NCBI GenBank assembly: GCA_002784465.1 | Contig: PFLE01000011.1 | Location: 69,966 to 125,678 of the forward strand | DNA: 55,713 bases | Direction of reading: 5' to 3' | DNA from: Candidatus Shapirobacteria bacterium CG_4_10_14_0_8_um_filter_39_15 | GTDB taxonomy: Bacteria; Patescibacteriota; Microgenomatia; UM-FILTER-39-15 | Shown: one piece after another, positions 1 to 8,938 of the stretch | Layout: each line of letters begins with the position of its first letter | Position numbering within the stretch: position 1 is the first letter of the stretch | Program-made: the position numbers and the translations under genes | Notes under the pieces: generated by a model | The model's input: the letters and a program-made list of their open reading frames with translations, nothing else | What the model was told of the DNA's origin: nothing | Database searches by the model: none

Positions 1-498
1 TGGAATCACAATCAAAGCATCAACCCGGCTTTTTAAAGCTTCAATCCCTTCTTCCGCCACGACCATTCTTTTGGTTCCTTCAAACGCAAACGGTTTCGTC
101 ACGACGCCAACTGTCAGCGCCCCTTTTTCTCTGGCAATTTCGGCAATAACGGCCGAAGCACCGGTACAAGTTCCGCCGCCCATTCCTCCGGTAATAAAAG
201 CCATATCCGTATCCACTAATAATTGGGCAATTTTTTCTTTTGACTCTTCGGCTGCCTGCCGGCCTAATTCCGGATTACCGCCGACTCCCAAACCGCGGGT
301 TATATTATCACCCAGTTGAAGTTTATTCTGGGCTAAATTCGCCAAAAGCGCTTGAGCGTCGGTATTGATTGCCACAAAATCAACACCCTGAATTTGTCCA
401 TCGGAAATCATTGTATTAATGGCGTTTCCTCCACCACCCCCAACACCCAAAACTTTAATTTTAGCAAATCTGCCTACATCTGGTTTAACAAGTGCCAT
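1..498 (-). CDS. ftsZ: Cell division protein FtsZ (5' part, runs off window)
   Basis: Manual translation from ATG at 498: [30 protein letters not shown]...INTDAQAL...[10 protein letters not shown] (tubulin signature). Follows ftsA. Confidence 0.97.
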   Translation of the reverse strand, partial: MALVKPDVGRFAKIKVLGVGGGGGNAINTMISDGQIQGVDFVAINTDAQALLANLAQNKLQLGDNITRGLGVGGNPELGRQAAEESKEKIAQLLVDTDMAFITGGMGGGTCTGASAVIAEIAREKGALTVGVVTKPFAFEGTKRMVVAEEGIEALKSRVDALIVIP

Positions 499-522
499 AT
501 TTAGTTAACTTCTGTGGGGCAG

Positions 523-546
523 CCCTTCGACTTCTCTCAGGGTAAA
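523..546 (+). repeat. REP-like palindromic element family A (CCCTTCGAC-N-CAGGGYAAA) in the ftsZ leader
   Basis: CCCTTCGACTTCTCTCAGGGTAAA. Related copies in reverse orientation at 29686-29709 and 30922-30944, plus an internally deleted copy at 2809-2823. Confidence 0.75.
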
Positions 547-564
547 TTTAAGAAGTGTGAAAAA

Positions 565-573
565 ATTATATCA
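565..573 (-). promoter_or_regulatory. Extended -10 promoter (TGATATAAT) for ftsZ
   Basis: Perfect TGnTATAAT on the minus strand in the ftsA-ftsZ intergenic region, about 66 nt before the ftsZ ATG. Confidence 0.6.
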
Positions 574-584
574 TGGATTGCCAA

Positions 585-1880
585 TTAGGGCAAAAGGGAT
601 TTAATAAAATCAATCGCTTTATGAGCCAATCCCCCAATGGGAATTTTGTCAGTAATTCTTTCAAAGTTAATCAACGATACTTTAGTGGTTTCTGTTTTTT
701 GAATGCTTGATCGGTAAAGAATCAGGCCTAAAACAGTGGCAAAAACCGGCGATAAAACATCCTCCACTAAACCCGTTAATCCGGTCGGAATCCCGATACG
801 AACCGGCATTGAAAGCGTTCTTTTACAAGAATCAACCGCGCCTACAGTTAGCGCTCCCCCGCCGGTCAAAACGATTCCAGAAGGCGTCATTCCAGCAAAT
901 CCGCTTTTTTTAATTTCCAAACCGACCATGGTAAAAATTTCATTCAATCTCGGCTTAATAATCCCTTCGGTAATTGTTTTTCGCGAAACGGTTTTAGTAT
1001 CTTCGTTAATACCCAAAGAGGCTAAATCAAGTTCATCATTTGATTTTTCTTCTTTTTTTTCGCTTTGATCCGGTAAGGTTTTTTCGATTGATTTATCCGA
1101 GAGAGCAATTTTTAATTTTTCCGCGTTTTCCAGTGACAATCTTAAACCAATGGCTAAATCGTTGGTGACGTTTTTCGCCCCAATCGGCAAAACGCTGGTG
1201 TACGACGGCGCGCCTTCAATATAAATAACCAGACTCGTCGTGCCGCCGCCAACATCCACCAAAACCACACCCAATTCTTTTTCAGTCTCGGTTAAAACCG
1301 CTTGAGCCGAGGCAATACCGCTGAAAACCATACTATCAATATCCGCCCCAACTTCGGAAACGCAGCGCGATAAATTTTTAATTGAGGTAGAAGAACCGGA
1401 AATAATGTGGGTTTCCACTTCTAAACGAATGCCATTCATTCCCAAAGGATCCTTAACTCCGTCTTGTGAATCAACGGTAAAATATCGCGGCAAACAGTGA
1501 ATAATTTCTCGAGAAGAAGGCAGGGAAATCGCTCTGGCGGCTTCGATCACGCGGCGGACATCTTCCGGACCAATTTCCCCTTCCGGTTCGGCCACCGCAA
1601 CAACGCCTTTGGAATTTTGCGAGGCAATGTGCGCGCCGCCAACCGAAACCAATAGTTTGGAAACGCTGTAACCAGCCATTCTCTCCGCCGCCTCAACCGA
1701 AGAAATAATCGCTGTCGTCGCCTCTTCAATATTAACCACTTGGCCTTTACGAATTCCGGCTGATGGCGTACTGGAAACACCAATAATGCTTGTTTTTGCG
1801 TCTTCCAGATTAAATTGAGCAATAATTGTTCCGATTTTGGAACTGCCAATATCTAACCCAGCGATAATTTTTGAAGCCAT
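585..1880 (-). CDS. ftsA: Cell division protein FtsA
   Basis: GLDIGSSK, VDVGGGTT and VLTGGGA actin-like motifs. Directly upstream of ftsZ. Confidence 0.97.
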   Translation of the reverse strand: MASKIIAGLDIGSSKIGTIIAQFNLEDAKTSIIGVSSTPSAGIRKGQVVNIEEATTAIISSVEAAERMAGYSVSKLLVSVGGAHIASQNSKGVVAVAEPEGEIGPEDVRRVIEAARAISLPSSREIIHCLPRYFTVDSQDGVKDPLGMNGIRLEVETHIISGSSTSIKNLSRCVSEVGADIDSMVFSGIASAQAVLTETEKELGVVLVDVGGGTTSLVIYIEGAPSYTSVLPIGAKNVTNDLAIGLRLSLENAEKLKIALSDKSIEKTLPDQSEKKEEKSNDELDLASLGINEDTKTVSRKTITEGIIKPRLNEIFTMVGLEIKKSGFAGMTPSGIVLTGGGALTVGAVDSCKRTLSMPVRIGIPTGLTGLVEDVLSPVFATVLGLILYRSSIQKTETTKVSLINFERITDKIPIGGLAHKAIDFIKSLLP

Positions 1881-1885
1881 ATTAA

Positions 1886-2281
1886 TTAATATACCACTAC
1901 TGGTTTATCGAATCTTAGATCAATACTTTTAGGCACTTTCCCTTCTATTTTAGATCGAGAAATAATAAATTGTAAAGAGGCAACCGAATATTTTAAGTCG
2001 GACGAGGCGGCTAACCGGACGGTTAAAGGACCAGGCAATGTTACGGTAATGGTATCTTTGTAATCCAAATTCTCCGGCGTGATTCCATATTCACCCAATA
2101 TTTTTTTAAATTCAGTTTCTTTTGAAGGATTTACTGCTGGATTTAGCTGACGACCCGGCCAATTAGGAAAAGAAATATCCTCTAGTTTTATGATTGTCAA
2201 AAGAATGATCGGGCTAAAGACAAACAGCAAAAGACTAAAGACTCTTTTTTTATTATTAGATTTATTTCTTGGCAATCTCAT
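1886..2281 (-). CDS. Short FtsQ/DivIB-like membrane protein
   Basis: N-terminal TM helix and C-terminal IDLRFDKPVV motif typical of FtsQ. Lies between murG and ftsA. Too short to hold a full POTRA domain. Confidence 0.6.
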   Translation of the reverse strand: MRLPRNKSNNKKRVFSLLLFVFSPIILLTIIKLEDISFPNWPGRQLNPAVNPSKETEFKKILGEYGITPENLDYKDTITVTLPGPLTVRLAASSDLKYSVASLQFIISRSKIEGKVPKSIDLRFDKPVVVY

Positions 2282-3362
2282 TTAGGTTATTAACTAAAAT
2301 TTCGGCCGCATTCAATTTAATTAGCTTCTTGGCTTGACTGCCGTTTTGATGATATTGATCAATCTTTTCCATCATTTTGTTAATTTTTTCCAGCAAAGTT
2401 GATGAGGTTAAATCTTTTTGATAAAGAATCTCGGCAATTCCGATTTTTTTTAGCATCAAGGCGTTTTTTGTCTGTTCGTCCTGATAAGTCCAAGGGATTG
2501 GAATAAAAAGTGTCGGTTTACCCAAGGCTGCCACTTCGCAAACCGTATTAGCCCCAGCCCTGGAAACAATTAGATTCGCGTGATTCATTACCCAACCGAT
2601 TTGTTGTGAATTAATATAAGGAAATAATAAATAATTGGGTCCAAAATCTTTATTGAGTTTTTCGTAATCCAGCTCTCCGCACTGGTGAATAACGGCGTAC
2701 TTCTTTAGTAACTCAGGCAAACAACCAAGTACTGCATTATTAATCAGTCTTGATCCCTGATTTCCTCCCGTGATATAAATTATTGGCAATTTCGAATTTC
2801 GGATTTCGTTTACCCTGTAAGGGAATTTCGAATTTCGAATAAATATCTCCTGACGGATTGGATTACCAGTTAACACTACCTTATCTGCGGGGAAATGTTT
2901 CACTGAATCCGAAAATGAAACGGCTATTTTATTAACAAACAGGGAATTAATTTTTGACGATAAGCCAAAAGTGATCGTTTGTTCGTGAGTTAAAATCGGG
3001 ATGCGCAGAATCCAAGCAGAAAAAACGACTGGCACTGAAACGTATCCGCCAAAAGAACAAACAACATTTGGTTTGATTTTCCAAAGCCAGTAAAATGATT
3101 GAATCAGCCCCAAGGGAATCCGCAGCAAAGAAGGGATGGTGTAGCGGCTGAATTGTCTTTGCAACCGGCCAGTGGTTATGGAAATAAATGTCGCACCAAG
3201 TTCAGGAATCACTTTCGATTCAACCGAAGCGGTTTTATCACCTTCTAGGCTGTGTTTCCTACCAAAATAATAAATCTCCCAACCGCCCCCTTTTTTTAAC
3301 TCGGAAATAACCGCTTGAGCGGGTGTTAAATGTCCGCCGGTAATCACGATTTTTTTCATCAT
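2262..3362 (-). CDS. murG: MurG, undecaprenyl-PP-MurNAc-pentapeptide GlcNAc transferase (start may be second ATG at 3359)
   Basis: TGGH, GGYVS, HEQ, TGNPIR, GGNQG, SRAGANT and QTKNA motifs. Confidence 0.96.
   Translation of the reverse strand: MMKKIVITGGHLTPAQAVISELKKGGGWEIYYFGRKHSLEGDKTASVESKVIPELGATFISITTGRLQRQFSRYTIPSLLRIPLGLIQSFYWLWKIKPNVVCSFGGYVSVPVVFSAWILRIPILTHEQTITFGLSSKINSLFVNKIAVSFSDSVKHFPADKVVLTGNPIRQEIFIRNSKFPYRVNEIRNSKLPIIYITGGNQGSRLINNAVLGCLPELLKKYAVIHQCGELDYEKLNKDFGPNYLLFPYINSQQIGWVMNHANLIVSRAGANTVCEVAALGKPTLFIPIPWTYQDEQTKNALMLKKIGIAEILYQKDLTSSTLLEKINKMMEKIDQYHQNGSQAKKLIKLNAAEILVNNLNEIAKK
2788..2840. repeat. In-frame heptamer array (AATTTCG) with a nested truncated family-A REP in the MurG interdomain linker
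   Basis: AATTTCG AATTTCG GATTTCG [TTTACCCTGTAAGGG] AATTTCG AATTTCG AAT. Encodes IRNSKFPYRVNEIRNSK. Confidence 0.8.
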
Positions 3363-3372
3363 CTAAATTATA

Positions 3373-4461
3373 TCATTTAACAACTCTTTGCCGGGAAATA
3401 TTAAGAAGAATACCAATCCCCGCTAAATTAATCACCAGAGATGATCCGCCGTAAGAGACGAATGGCAGAGGAACACCGGTTAAAGGAATTAAGGAAACCA
3501 TGGCAGCTAAATTCACGACCATTTGAATTCCGATCCACGAAGTAATGCCAACCGCCAGCAGCTGGCCAAATCGGTCGGGTGTTTCCACGGCAATTTTAAA
3601 CCCTCGCCAGATAATAATCAAAAACAAACCAATTAAAACAAGCGCCCCGATAAAACCAAGCTCTTCCGCAATGACCGCAAAAATCGAGTCGGTGGTTGCT
3701 TCCGGCAGATATGCGTATTTTTGCCGGGAGGCACCGATTCCCACTCCGAATAATCCACCCGAACCTAAAGCCAATAAAATCTGGTGAAGGTGATAGGATG
3801 ATCCAAGAGGATCGCGATTCGGATCAAAAAAAGTCAATAATCTCGCCCGCCGATAAGAAGAACTGATAATCAAAATAATTCCTCCGATTAAACTGCTGGT
3901 AATAAAACCGATTAACGACAAAAGCGGGGCGCCGGAAACAAAATAAAGAATAAAACCGGTAATTGAAATAATTACGGCTGTTCCCAAGTCCGGCTCTAAG
4001 AGAATTAATAAATTAAGAAGGCCTAAAACAAATATTAACGGCAGGAATCTTGACTTGGAAGTAAAGACAGAGGACAAATATATTACCAAAGAAAGTTTTA
4101 CCAACTCGGCCGGTTGAAACCCGAAAAAGCCCAAATTAATCCACCGTCTGGCACCTAATAATTTTATCCCGATTCCCGGAACTAAAACTAAAATTAGAAA
4201 CCCAATGGTTGCTAAAATCAGGATCGGGGAAATTTTTCTCAAAACCTGATAATTGATTTTTGAAAAAATCGCTAGAGAAATAAAACCTATAATAATCCAA
4301 ATAATCTGCTGGCGAATATAATAATACTTATCACCAAAGTCCTGAAAAGCCGTTACCGAAGAAGCTTCGAAAATCATTAAGACCCCAAAAATTGACAAGG
4401 CAACGGTTAAATAAAAAAGGAGAATATCAATTCGTCTGATCTGGGGTTTGAGTTGAGCCAT
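3373..4461 (-). CDS. ftsW: FtsW, SEDS-family peptidoglycan polymerase (likely start 4461)
   Basis: GARRWI, FQPAELVK, EPDLGT, TDSIFAVIAEELG and LPFVSYGGSS motifs. The ATG overlaps the mraY stop (TAATG). Confidence 0.95.
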   Translation of the reverse strand: MAQLKPQIRRIDILLFYLTVALSIFGVLMIFEASSVTAFQDFGDKYYYIRQQIIWIIIGFISLAIFSKINYQVLRKISPILILATIGFLILVLVPGIGIKLLGARRWINLGFFGFQPAELVKLSLVIYLSSVFTSKSRFLPLIFVLGLLNLLILLEPDLGTAVIISITGFILYFVSGAPLLSLIGFITSSLIGGIILIISSSYRRARLLTFFDPNRDPLGSSYHLHQILLALGSGGLFGVGIGASRQKYAYLPEATTDSIFAVIAEELGFIGALVLIGLFLIIIWRGFKIAVETPDRFGQLLAVGITSWIGIQMVVNLAAMVSLIPLTGVPLPFVSYGGSSLVINLAGIGILLNISRQRVVK

Positions 4462-5495
4462 TAGATCACGGCTAACCATAGACCGAAAACGGCCAAGATT
4501 ATACCGACAAGCCAAGCACGCATAACGATTTTTGGTTCTTCCCAACCAATCGCTTGAAATAACAAATGAAGGGGCGCGATTCGAAAGATCCTTCGATGAA
4601 AAATCCGAATGGCAATTATTTGTCCAAAACTGGAAGCAACCTCAACAATAAACAAGCCGCCGATTACGACAACCGCCATAATTTTTCCAATCAGCAAACC
4701 AACCACGGCTAAAGTCGCGCCAAAAGATAGCGCCCCAACATCTCCCAGCCAAATTCTGGCCGGATAAACATTAAAATACAAAAAGGCCATTAACGCACCG
4801 ATCCAAAGGGGTAAAAAGATTGACAACACGGTATCAAGAACTGTTTTTGACAAAATCCAAAAAGCAAAAAGATAAATCAACAGCAAACCGCACGATAGTC
4901 CATCCAAACCATCGGTAATATTAAAGGCATTGGCAAAGGCAACAATTACGAAAGCGGCAAAAGGAATATAAACAATACCCAGAGGAATAACATTAAAAAG
5001 GGGAATGTGAACAAAATCAATTTTAAGATTGTTATACAAAAGAACAGCAATAATTACCCCCAACGTGCATTGAATTAGAAATTTGTGACGGGTTTTAAGA
5101 CCAAAAATACCCTGTCGTGCCAACCCGAAAGACTTCATTAAATCGTCATACAAACCCAATAAACCGAAGGAAATAAAAGTGAAAAAGATAATATTGATTT
5201 CTTCTTTAATCGGATAGGAAGAAGAAATATAAATCCCTAAATAGGAAATTAAAGGGAATAAAATCGCGAAAAGCAGGCAAACCACCGCAATAATTAAAAA
5301 ACCGCCGCCAACCGGAGTGCCGATTTTTCCGGCATGAAGTTTGTAAAAAAGCTTCTCACCGACTTTAAGTTTTTCCGCTGATTTAGTTTGGTCTAAACGC
5401 TGAAATTTGAGTTTGTATAAAAAGTTAATAAACGGAACAACTAACAGGCTAGTCAAAAGGAAGGAAAACATTAATAGTCCTAACGATAATGCCAT
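4461..5495 (-). CDS. mraY: Phospho-N-acetylmuramoyl-pentapeptide transferase MraY
   Basis: KIGTPVGGG, GLYDD, NAFNITDGLDGL, FNVYPARIWLGDVGA and APLH motifs. Confidence 0.95.
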   Translation of the reverse strand: MALSLGLLMFSFLLTSLLVVPFINFLYKLKFQRLDQTKSAEKLKVGEKLFYKLHAGKIGTPVGGGFLIIAVVCLLFAILFPLISYLGIYISSSYPIKEEINIIFFTFISFGLLGLYDDLMKSFGLARQGIFGLKTRHKFLIQCTLGVIIAVLLYNNLKIDFVHIPLFNVIPLGIVYIPFAAFVIVAFANAFNITDGLDGLSCGLLLIYLFAFWILSKTVLDTVLSIFLPLWIGALMAFLYFNVYPARIWLGDVGALSFGATLAVVGLLIGKIMAVVVIGGLFIVEVASSFGQIIAIRIFHRRIFRIAPLHLLFQAIGWEEPKIVMRAWLVGIILAVFGLWLAVI

Positions 5496-5516
5496 ATTGT
5501 AATTATATTTTACTCT

Positions 5517-7220
5517 TTAGCTTGGTAAAATACCACGAATTTTAAAAATTTCTTTAGCAATATCAAACCATAAAGGGGCGGCCGTCTCCGAACCCCAAGG
5601 AGAAGAAGTCGGTTCGGTTAACGATACCAGCATTACGAATTTTGGATTATCCGCTGGCGCAAAACCGACAAACGAAGCGATCGTTTTTTGACTATCATAA
5701 TGTCCGGCAATCGGTATTTGGGCGGTGCCGGTTTTCCCCGCGATCCGGTACCCTTTCGGCGCGGCCCATTTTGCCTCTCCGTATTGAGTCGCGCTAACCA
5801 TTAATTCCGTCATTACTTTAGCGGTAGTTTCCGTGATTGGCTGGCGAATTATTTTTGGTCTAATCTCCATTGTCTTTTCCGAATCGGTAATTTTATTGAC
5901 TGCGTGAGGCTCAAGAAGTTTTCCTCCGTTGGCAATTGCCCCGACCGCGCTTACCATCTCAATCGGGGTAACGGCCACTCCCTGCCCAAAGGAAATAGTT
6001 GCTAAATCAATATCTGCCCATTTTTCCGGGGATCTTAAGGGAATATTGATTTCCCCTGTAAGATCGACATTTGTTAATTGCCCGATTCCAAAATTATTCA
6101 AATCACGATATAATTTTTGCCGTCCGAGTTTTTCGGCCACGTAAACCATGCCGATATTATCCGAATGCTGTAATATTTCCGTCATTGTTGAGTTGGGATG
6201 ATATTTATCATCCCAAGTTCTAACCGTATATTCTCCAATCACCCGCGGACCGAAACATTGACTACATTGTTCATCAACTTTGATTACTCCTTCATTTAAG
6301 GCTGAAGCCATAACTAAAACCTTAAAAACTGATCCTGGTTCGAATGTTTGAGAAACCACCGGATCCGGAAAAAGCATCCGGTCGGTCGAACTATAATTTC
6401 CGGGGTCGTAATTAGGAAAAGAGGCGCTGGAAATCAAACCGCCGGTTTTTGGATCTATAATTACGACCAAACCGGCCTTGGCGCCATATTTAGTTAATGC
6501 CAACTTAAGTTTTTCTTCAACCATAAATTGAATACCCCGATCCAAATACAGATAAAGATCACGTCCGACAATTGCCTGATTTTCAACAGTCTTTCCAATC
6601 GGAATCGAAATTCCAAAAGCATCTTTTTCCATCTCAATCGTTCCTGAACGGCTTCTTAGTTCCCGATCGTAATAACCTTCCAGCCCAAAATATCCTTGAT
6701 TGCTGCCAATTGAATTCTTCCCTACAAATCCCAACAGATGGGCGCTCATTGACGCTTCGGGATAGTCTCTTTTTTCTTCGGATTCAAAATCAAGTCCTTT
6801 GATTTTCAGATTTTCAATTGATTGTTTTTGTTCTTTAACAATTGATTTTGCCAGATATGACCAAGCTAAATCCCTATTTTCGAACTTATTTTTTATCTCA
6901 ATTTTCATTTTTTCTTTTAGGGTTTCATCCGGTTCTAATATCGCAACCAGACGATCTAGATTTTCGCCGGATAAAGAATAATCTCTTTGCTGATTGATAA
7001 AGAGATTGTAAATTTCCCGGTTGTTGATGATCGGAAAGTTATCGCTCGTATGAATTAGTCCTCTTGAGCCGGGTATTACTCGCAAAGATTGGTATTGTGA
7101 TTCGGCTTGGGCAGAGAGCTTTTCACCGCTAATAATTTGCCAATAAAAAAGTTTGACGGAAATTATAAACGATAAGAGGAAAAAGTTGATTATAAGAATT
7201 TTAATTCGTGAAGACGACAT
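5517..7220 (-). CDS. ftsI: Class B penicillin-binding protein (FtsI/PBP3-like)
   Basis: N-terminal TM helix, PGSVFK (SxxK), SDN (SxN) and KTGTAQ. dcw context. Confidence 0.9.
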   Translation of the reverse strand: MSSSRIKILIINFFLLSFIISVKLFYWQIISGEKLSAQAESQYQSLRVIPGSRGLIHTSDNFPIINNREIYNLFINQQRDYSLSGENLDRLVAILEPDETLKEKMKIEIKNKFENRDLAWSYLAKSIVKEQKQSIENLKIKGLDFESEEKRDYPEASMSAHLLGFVGKNSIGSNQGYFGLEGYYDRELRSRSGTIEMEKDAFGISIPIGKTVENQAIVGRDLYLYLDRGIQFMVEEKLKLALTKYGAKAGLVVIIDPKTGGLISSASFPNYDPGNYSSTDRMLFPDPVVSQTFEPGSVFKVLVMASALNEGVIKVDEQCSQCFGPRVIGEYTVRTWDDKYHPNSTMTEILQHSDNIGMVYVAEKLGRQKLYRDLNNFGIGQLTNVDLTGEINIPLRSPEKWADIDLATISFGQGVAVTPIEMVSAVGAIANGGKLLEPHAVNKITDSEKTMEIRPKIIRQPITETTAKVMTELMVSATQYGEAKWAAPKGYRIAGKTGTAQIPIAGHYDSQKTIASFVGFAPADNPKFVMLVSLTEPTSSPWGSETAAPLWFDIAKEIFKIRGILPS

Positions 7221-7229
7221 TTGACTTTT

Positions 7230-7511
7230 TTAACGCAAGGCCAGCGGAGCCGCCTGAGAAAGACTAACAACCGGACTATTATTAGTAAAACCCAATTTCA
7301 TTGCCTCATCGACAACTCTTCTGATAGATGACAATCGGGAAATTTCCTCACTTAGGGATTTGTTTTCCTGTTTGATTGAATTCGTTTGTTTTTCCAGTTG
7401 ATTGATTTCTATTCCGTTCGTGGCGACCAAGCTAACCACAACCATTTTGGCAACCGAAAACATAATTACTAAACCAATAATTCCTTTTAACAAATTTTTC
7501 GATTTGTTCAT
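7230..7511 (-). CDS. ftsL: FtsL-like small membrane/coiled-coil protein
   Basis: One TM helix plus coiled coil ending in AMKLGF. Canonical position upstream of ftsI. Confidence 0.65.
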   Translation of the reverse strand: MNKSKNLLKGIIGLVIMFSVAKMVVVSLVATNGIEINQLEKQTNSIKQENKSLSEEISRLSSIRRVVDEAMKLGFTNNSPVVSLSQAAPLALR

Positions 7512-7518
7512 TTTGTTT

Positions 7519-7583
7519 GGGTATGGGCGGGTAATTTTTCTGGAGGGCAGGCAGATAACCAGAAATTTTCCCGCCCATAACCC
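7519..7583. repeat. Long imperfect hairpin between mraZ and ftsL
   Basis: TATGGGCGGG...TTTCTGG / CCAGAAA...CCCGCCCATA arms. Confidence 0.75.
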
Positions 7584-7984
7584 TAATTTATTTGATTTTC
7601 AATTTTCTTACGATATACTTCCCACGTTTTAGTATTCCAAATTTCAAAATGATCACCGGCCCCGATTAAAGTTAAATCTTCATTTACTCCGGAATAATCA
7701 ACCATCGCTTCCGGAATGACAAAACGACCGGCCGAGTCCAAATCAATCATTTCCGCGTTCATACATAAACGTCGTCGCAGATCGCGGCCTTCGGCATCGG
7801 AAATCGGTCTGGCTAAATCAATCGCGGTCACCGCTTCCCATTTTTTTTCTTCAAAACCGAAAATGCATTTTTCCAAACCAATTGACAAAACGACTTTATT
7901 GCCGAGGATCTCTTTTCGCAGTTTCATCGGTAAAGCCAAACGGTTTTTTCCGATCATGGTGGGTTGGTAAGTTCCTAATAACAT
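7583..7984 (-). CDS. mraZ: Transcriptional regulator MraZ
   Basis: MLLGTY..KNRLALP..LR, LDSAGRFVIP and IGAGDHFEIW. Head of the dcw cluster. Confidence 0.95.
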   Translation of the reverse strand: MLLGTYQPTMIGKNRLALPMKLRKEILGNKVVLSIGLEKCIFGFEEKKWEAVTAIDLARPISDAEGRDLRRRLCMNAEMIDLDSAGRFVIPEAMVDYSGVNEDLTLIGAGDHFEIWNTKTWEVYRKKIENQIN

Positions 7985-7988
7985 TTTT

Positions 7989-8013
7989 CTCCTTTTTGCT
8001 ACTATTTACTACT
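7989..8013 (-). promoter_or_regulatory. Putative MraZ operator: three pentamers at 10-bp period (AGTAG, AGTAG, AGGAG)
   Basis: AGTAG-N5-AGTAG-N5-AGGAG directly before the mraZ ATG and downstream of TATTAT (8021-8016). Resembles GTGG-type MraZ boxes. Confidence 0.55.
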
Positions 8014-8051
8014 CTATAATACATATTGAGACAGTTTAATATATATGTCAA

Positions 8052-8179
8052 GGGGCGAAATAAATTGCGAGGCAATTTAAACGCCCCGCCGACCCCGTCA
8101 AAAAAGGCGAACGGCAAGATTCTACGGGGTCAGGGAATTGTGTGTCATTGCGAGGGAGTTTCCGCGACCGTGGCAATCT
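8052..8179. repeat. Cluster of three palindromic elements upstream of mraZ
   Basis: GGGGCG..TAAATTGC-GAG-GCAATTTA..CGCCCC (8052-8087); GACCCCGT...ACGGGGTC (8091-8131); TGTCATTGCGAG...GTGGCAATCT (8143-8179). Confidence 0.7.
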
Positions 8180-8180
8180 T

Positions 8181-8936
8181 TTACTTTACCAGAATGAAGA
8201 CGTTCAATCCCTCTGTAGCTGATTTACCAACCTCTTGCCAAGAAGATTGATTGGGATTCCAGCCCAAAAGATTCACGGTATCAGATCCAGAATAAGTTAT
8301 TTTTGCGATTCCTTTCGGAATCCCATTGTCACTGGAGAAAATTCCATAAGGTCCGCTAACGATTTCTTTTCCGGGGTCTTTGGGCACACCCACGGTATTC
8401 ATGGTTAAAAACATGACATTCTTCGGTAAGGTTCCGGTGAAAACAAAATTCTTATTATCAACGTTCAATTCGTTTTTGGCCGTTGGCATTTTCTGTAAAT
8501 GAAAAGCCGTCTCATATTTACTAACGCTTCCATTCCCACGAAATCTTAAAGTCAGGGACCCTTCGGTCACGCCCTCGTCATATTTGCAAACATTTTTGGA
8601 GCACGAACCCAAAAGCATATCTTTCTGGATTGCAGAATTGCCATTCGTTTCGATTGAGCCGATAACCCCTCTTTGCTGGTCGCCCACTAAATAAACCAAT
8701 TCATATTCTACCGTCTTAATATTTTGCAAATTGATCGCTTTTAGAGTGATTTGGTGAGCCTGTGAATCCGGAGTCAAGGTTACAAACGGTCTTTGATTAA
8801 TTAGCGCTTGGGCGACCTCAACCTCTGGAGTTTGGGTATTTATGTTGTTCTGCTTCTGCCGACTTCTAATTACCAGATAACCAGACAACAAGATAACCAG
8901 TAAACCAACTACAACAAAAGGTAGGTATTTCTTCAT
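8181..8936 (-). CDS. Hypothetical membrane-anchored extracytoplasmic protein
   Basis: 251-aa ORF with an N-terminal hydrophobic anchor and an LLGSCSKNVCKYDEG Cys pair. Abuts glyQS. Confidence 0.75.
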   Translation of the reverse strand: MKKYLPFVVVGLLVILLSGYLVIRSRQKQNNINTQTPEVEVAQALINQRPFVTLTPDSQAHQITLKAINLQNIKTVEYELVYLVGDQQRGVIGSIETNGNSAIQKDMLLGSCSKNVCKYDEGVTEGSLTLRFRGNGSVSKYETAFHLQKMPTAKNELNVDNKNFVFTGTLPKNVMFLTMNTVGVPKDPGKEIVSGPYGIFSSDNGIPKGIAKITYSGSDTVNLLGWNPNQSSWQEVGKSATEGLNVFILVK

Positions 8937-8938
8937 TA

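Noticed and set aside
8016-8051. TTGACA paired with TATTAT as the mraZ promoter
   Set aside because: Spacing is 24 nt, and the hexamer at 17 nt (CAATAT) is poor, so a full promoter is not supported.
8026-8250. 74-aa plus-strand ORF (and 7896-8117 minus)
   Set aside because: Run through palindromic repeats and overlap real genes. No recognisable motifs.
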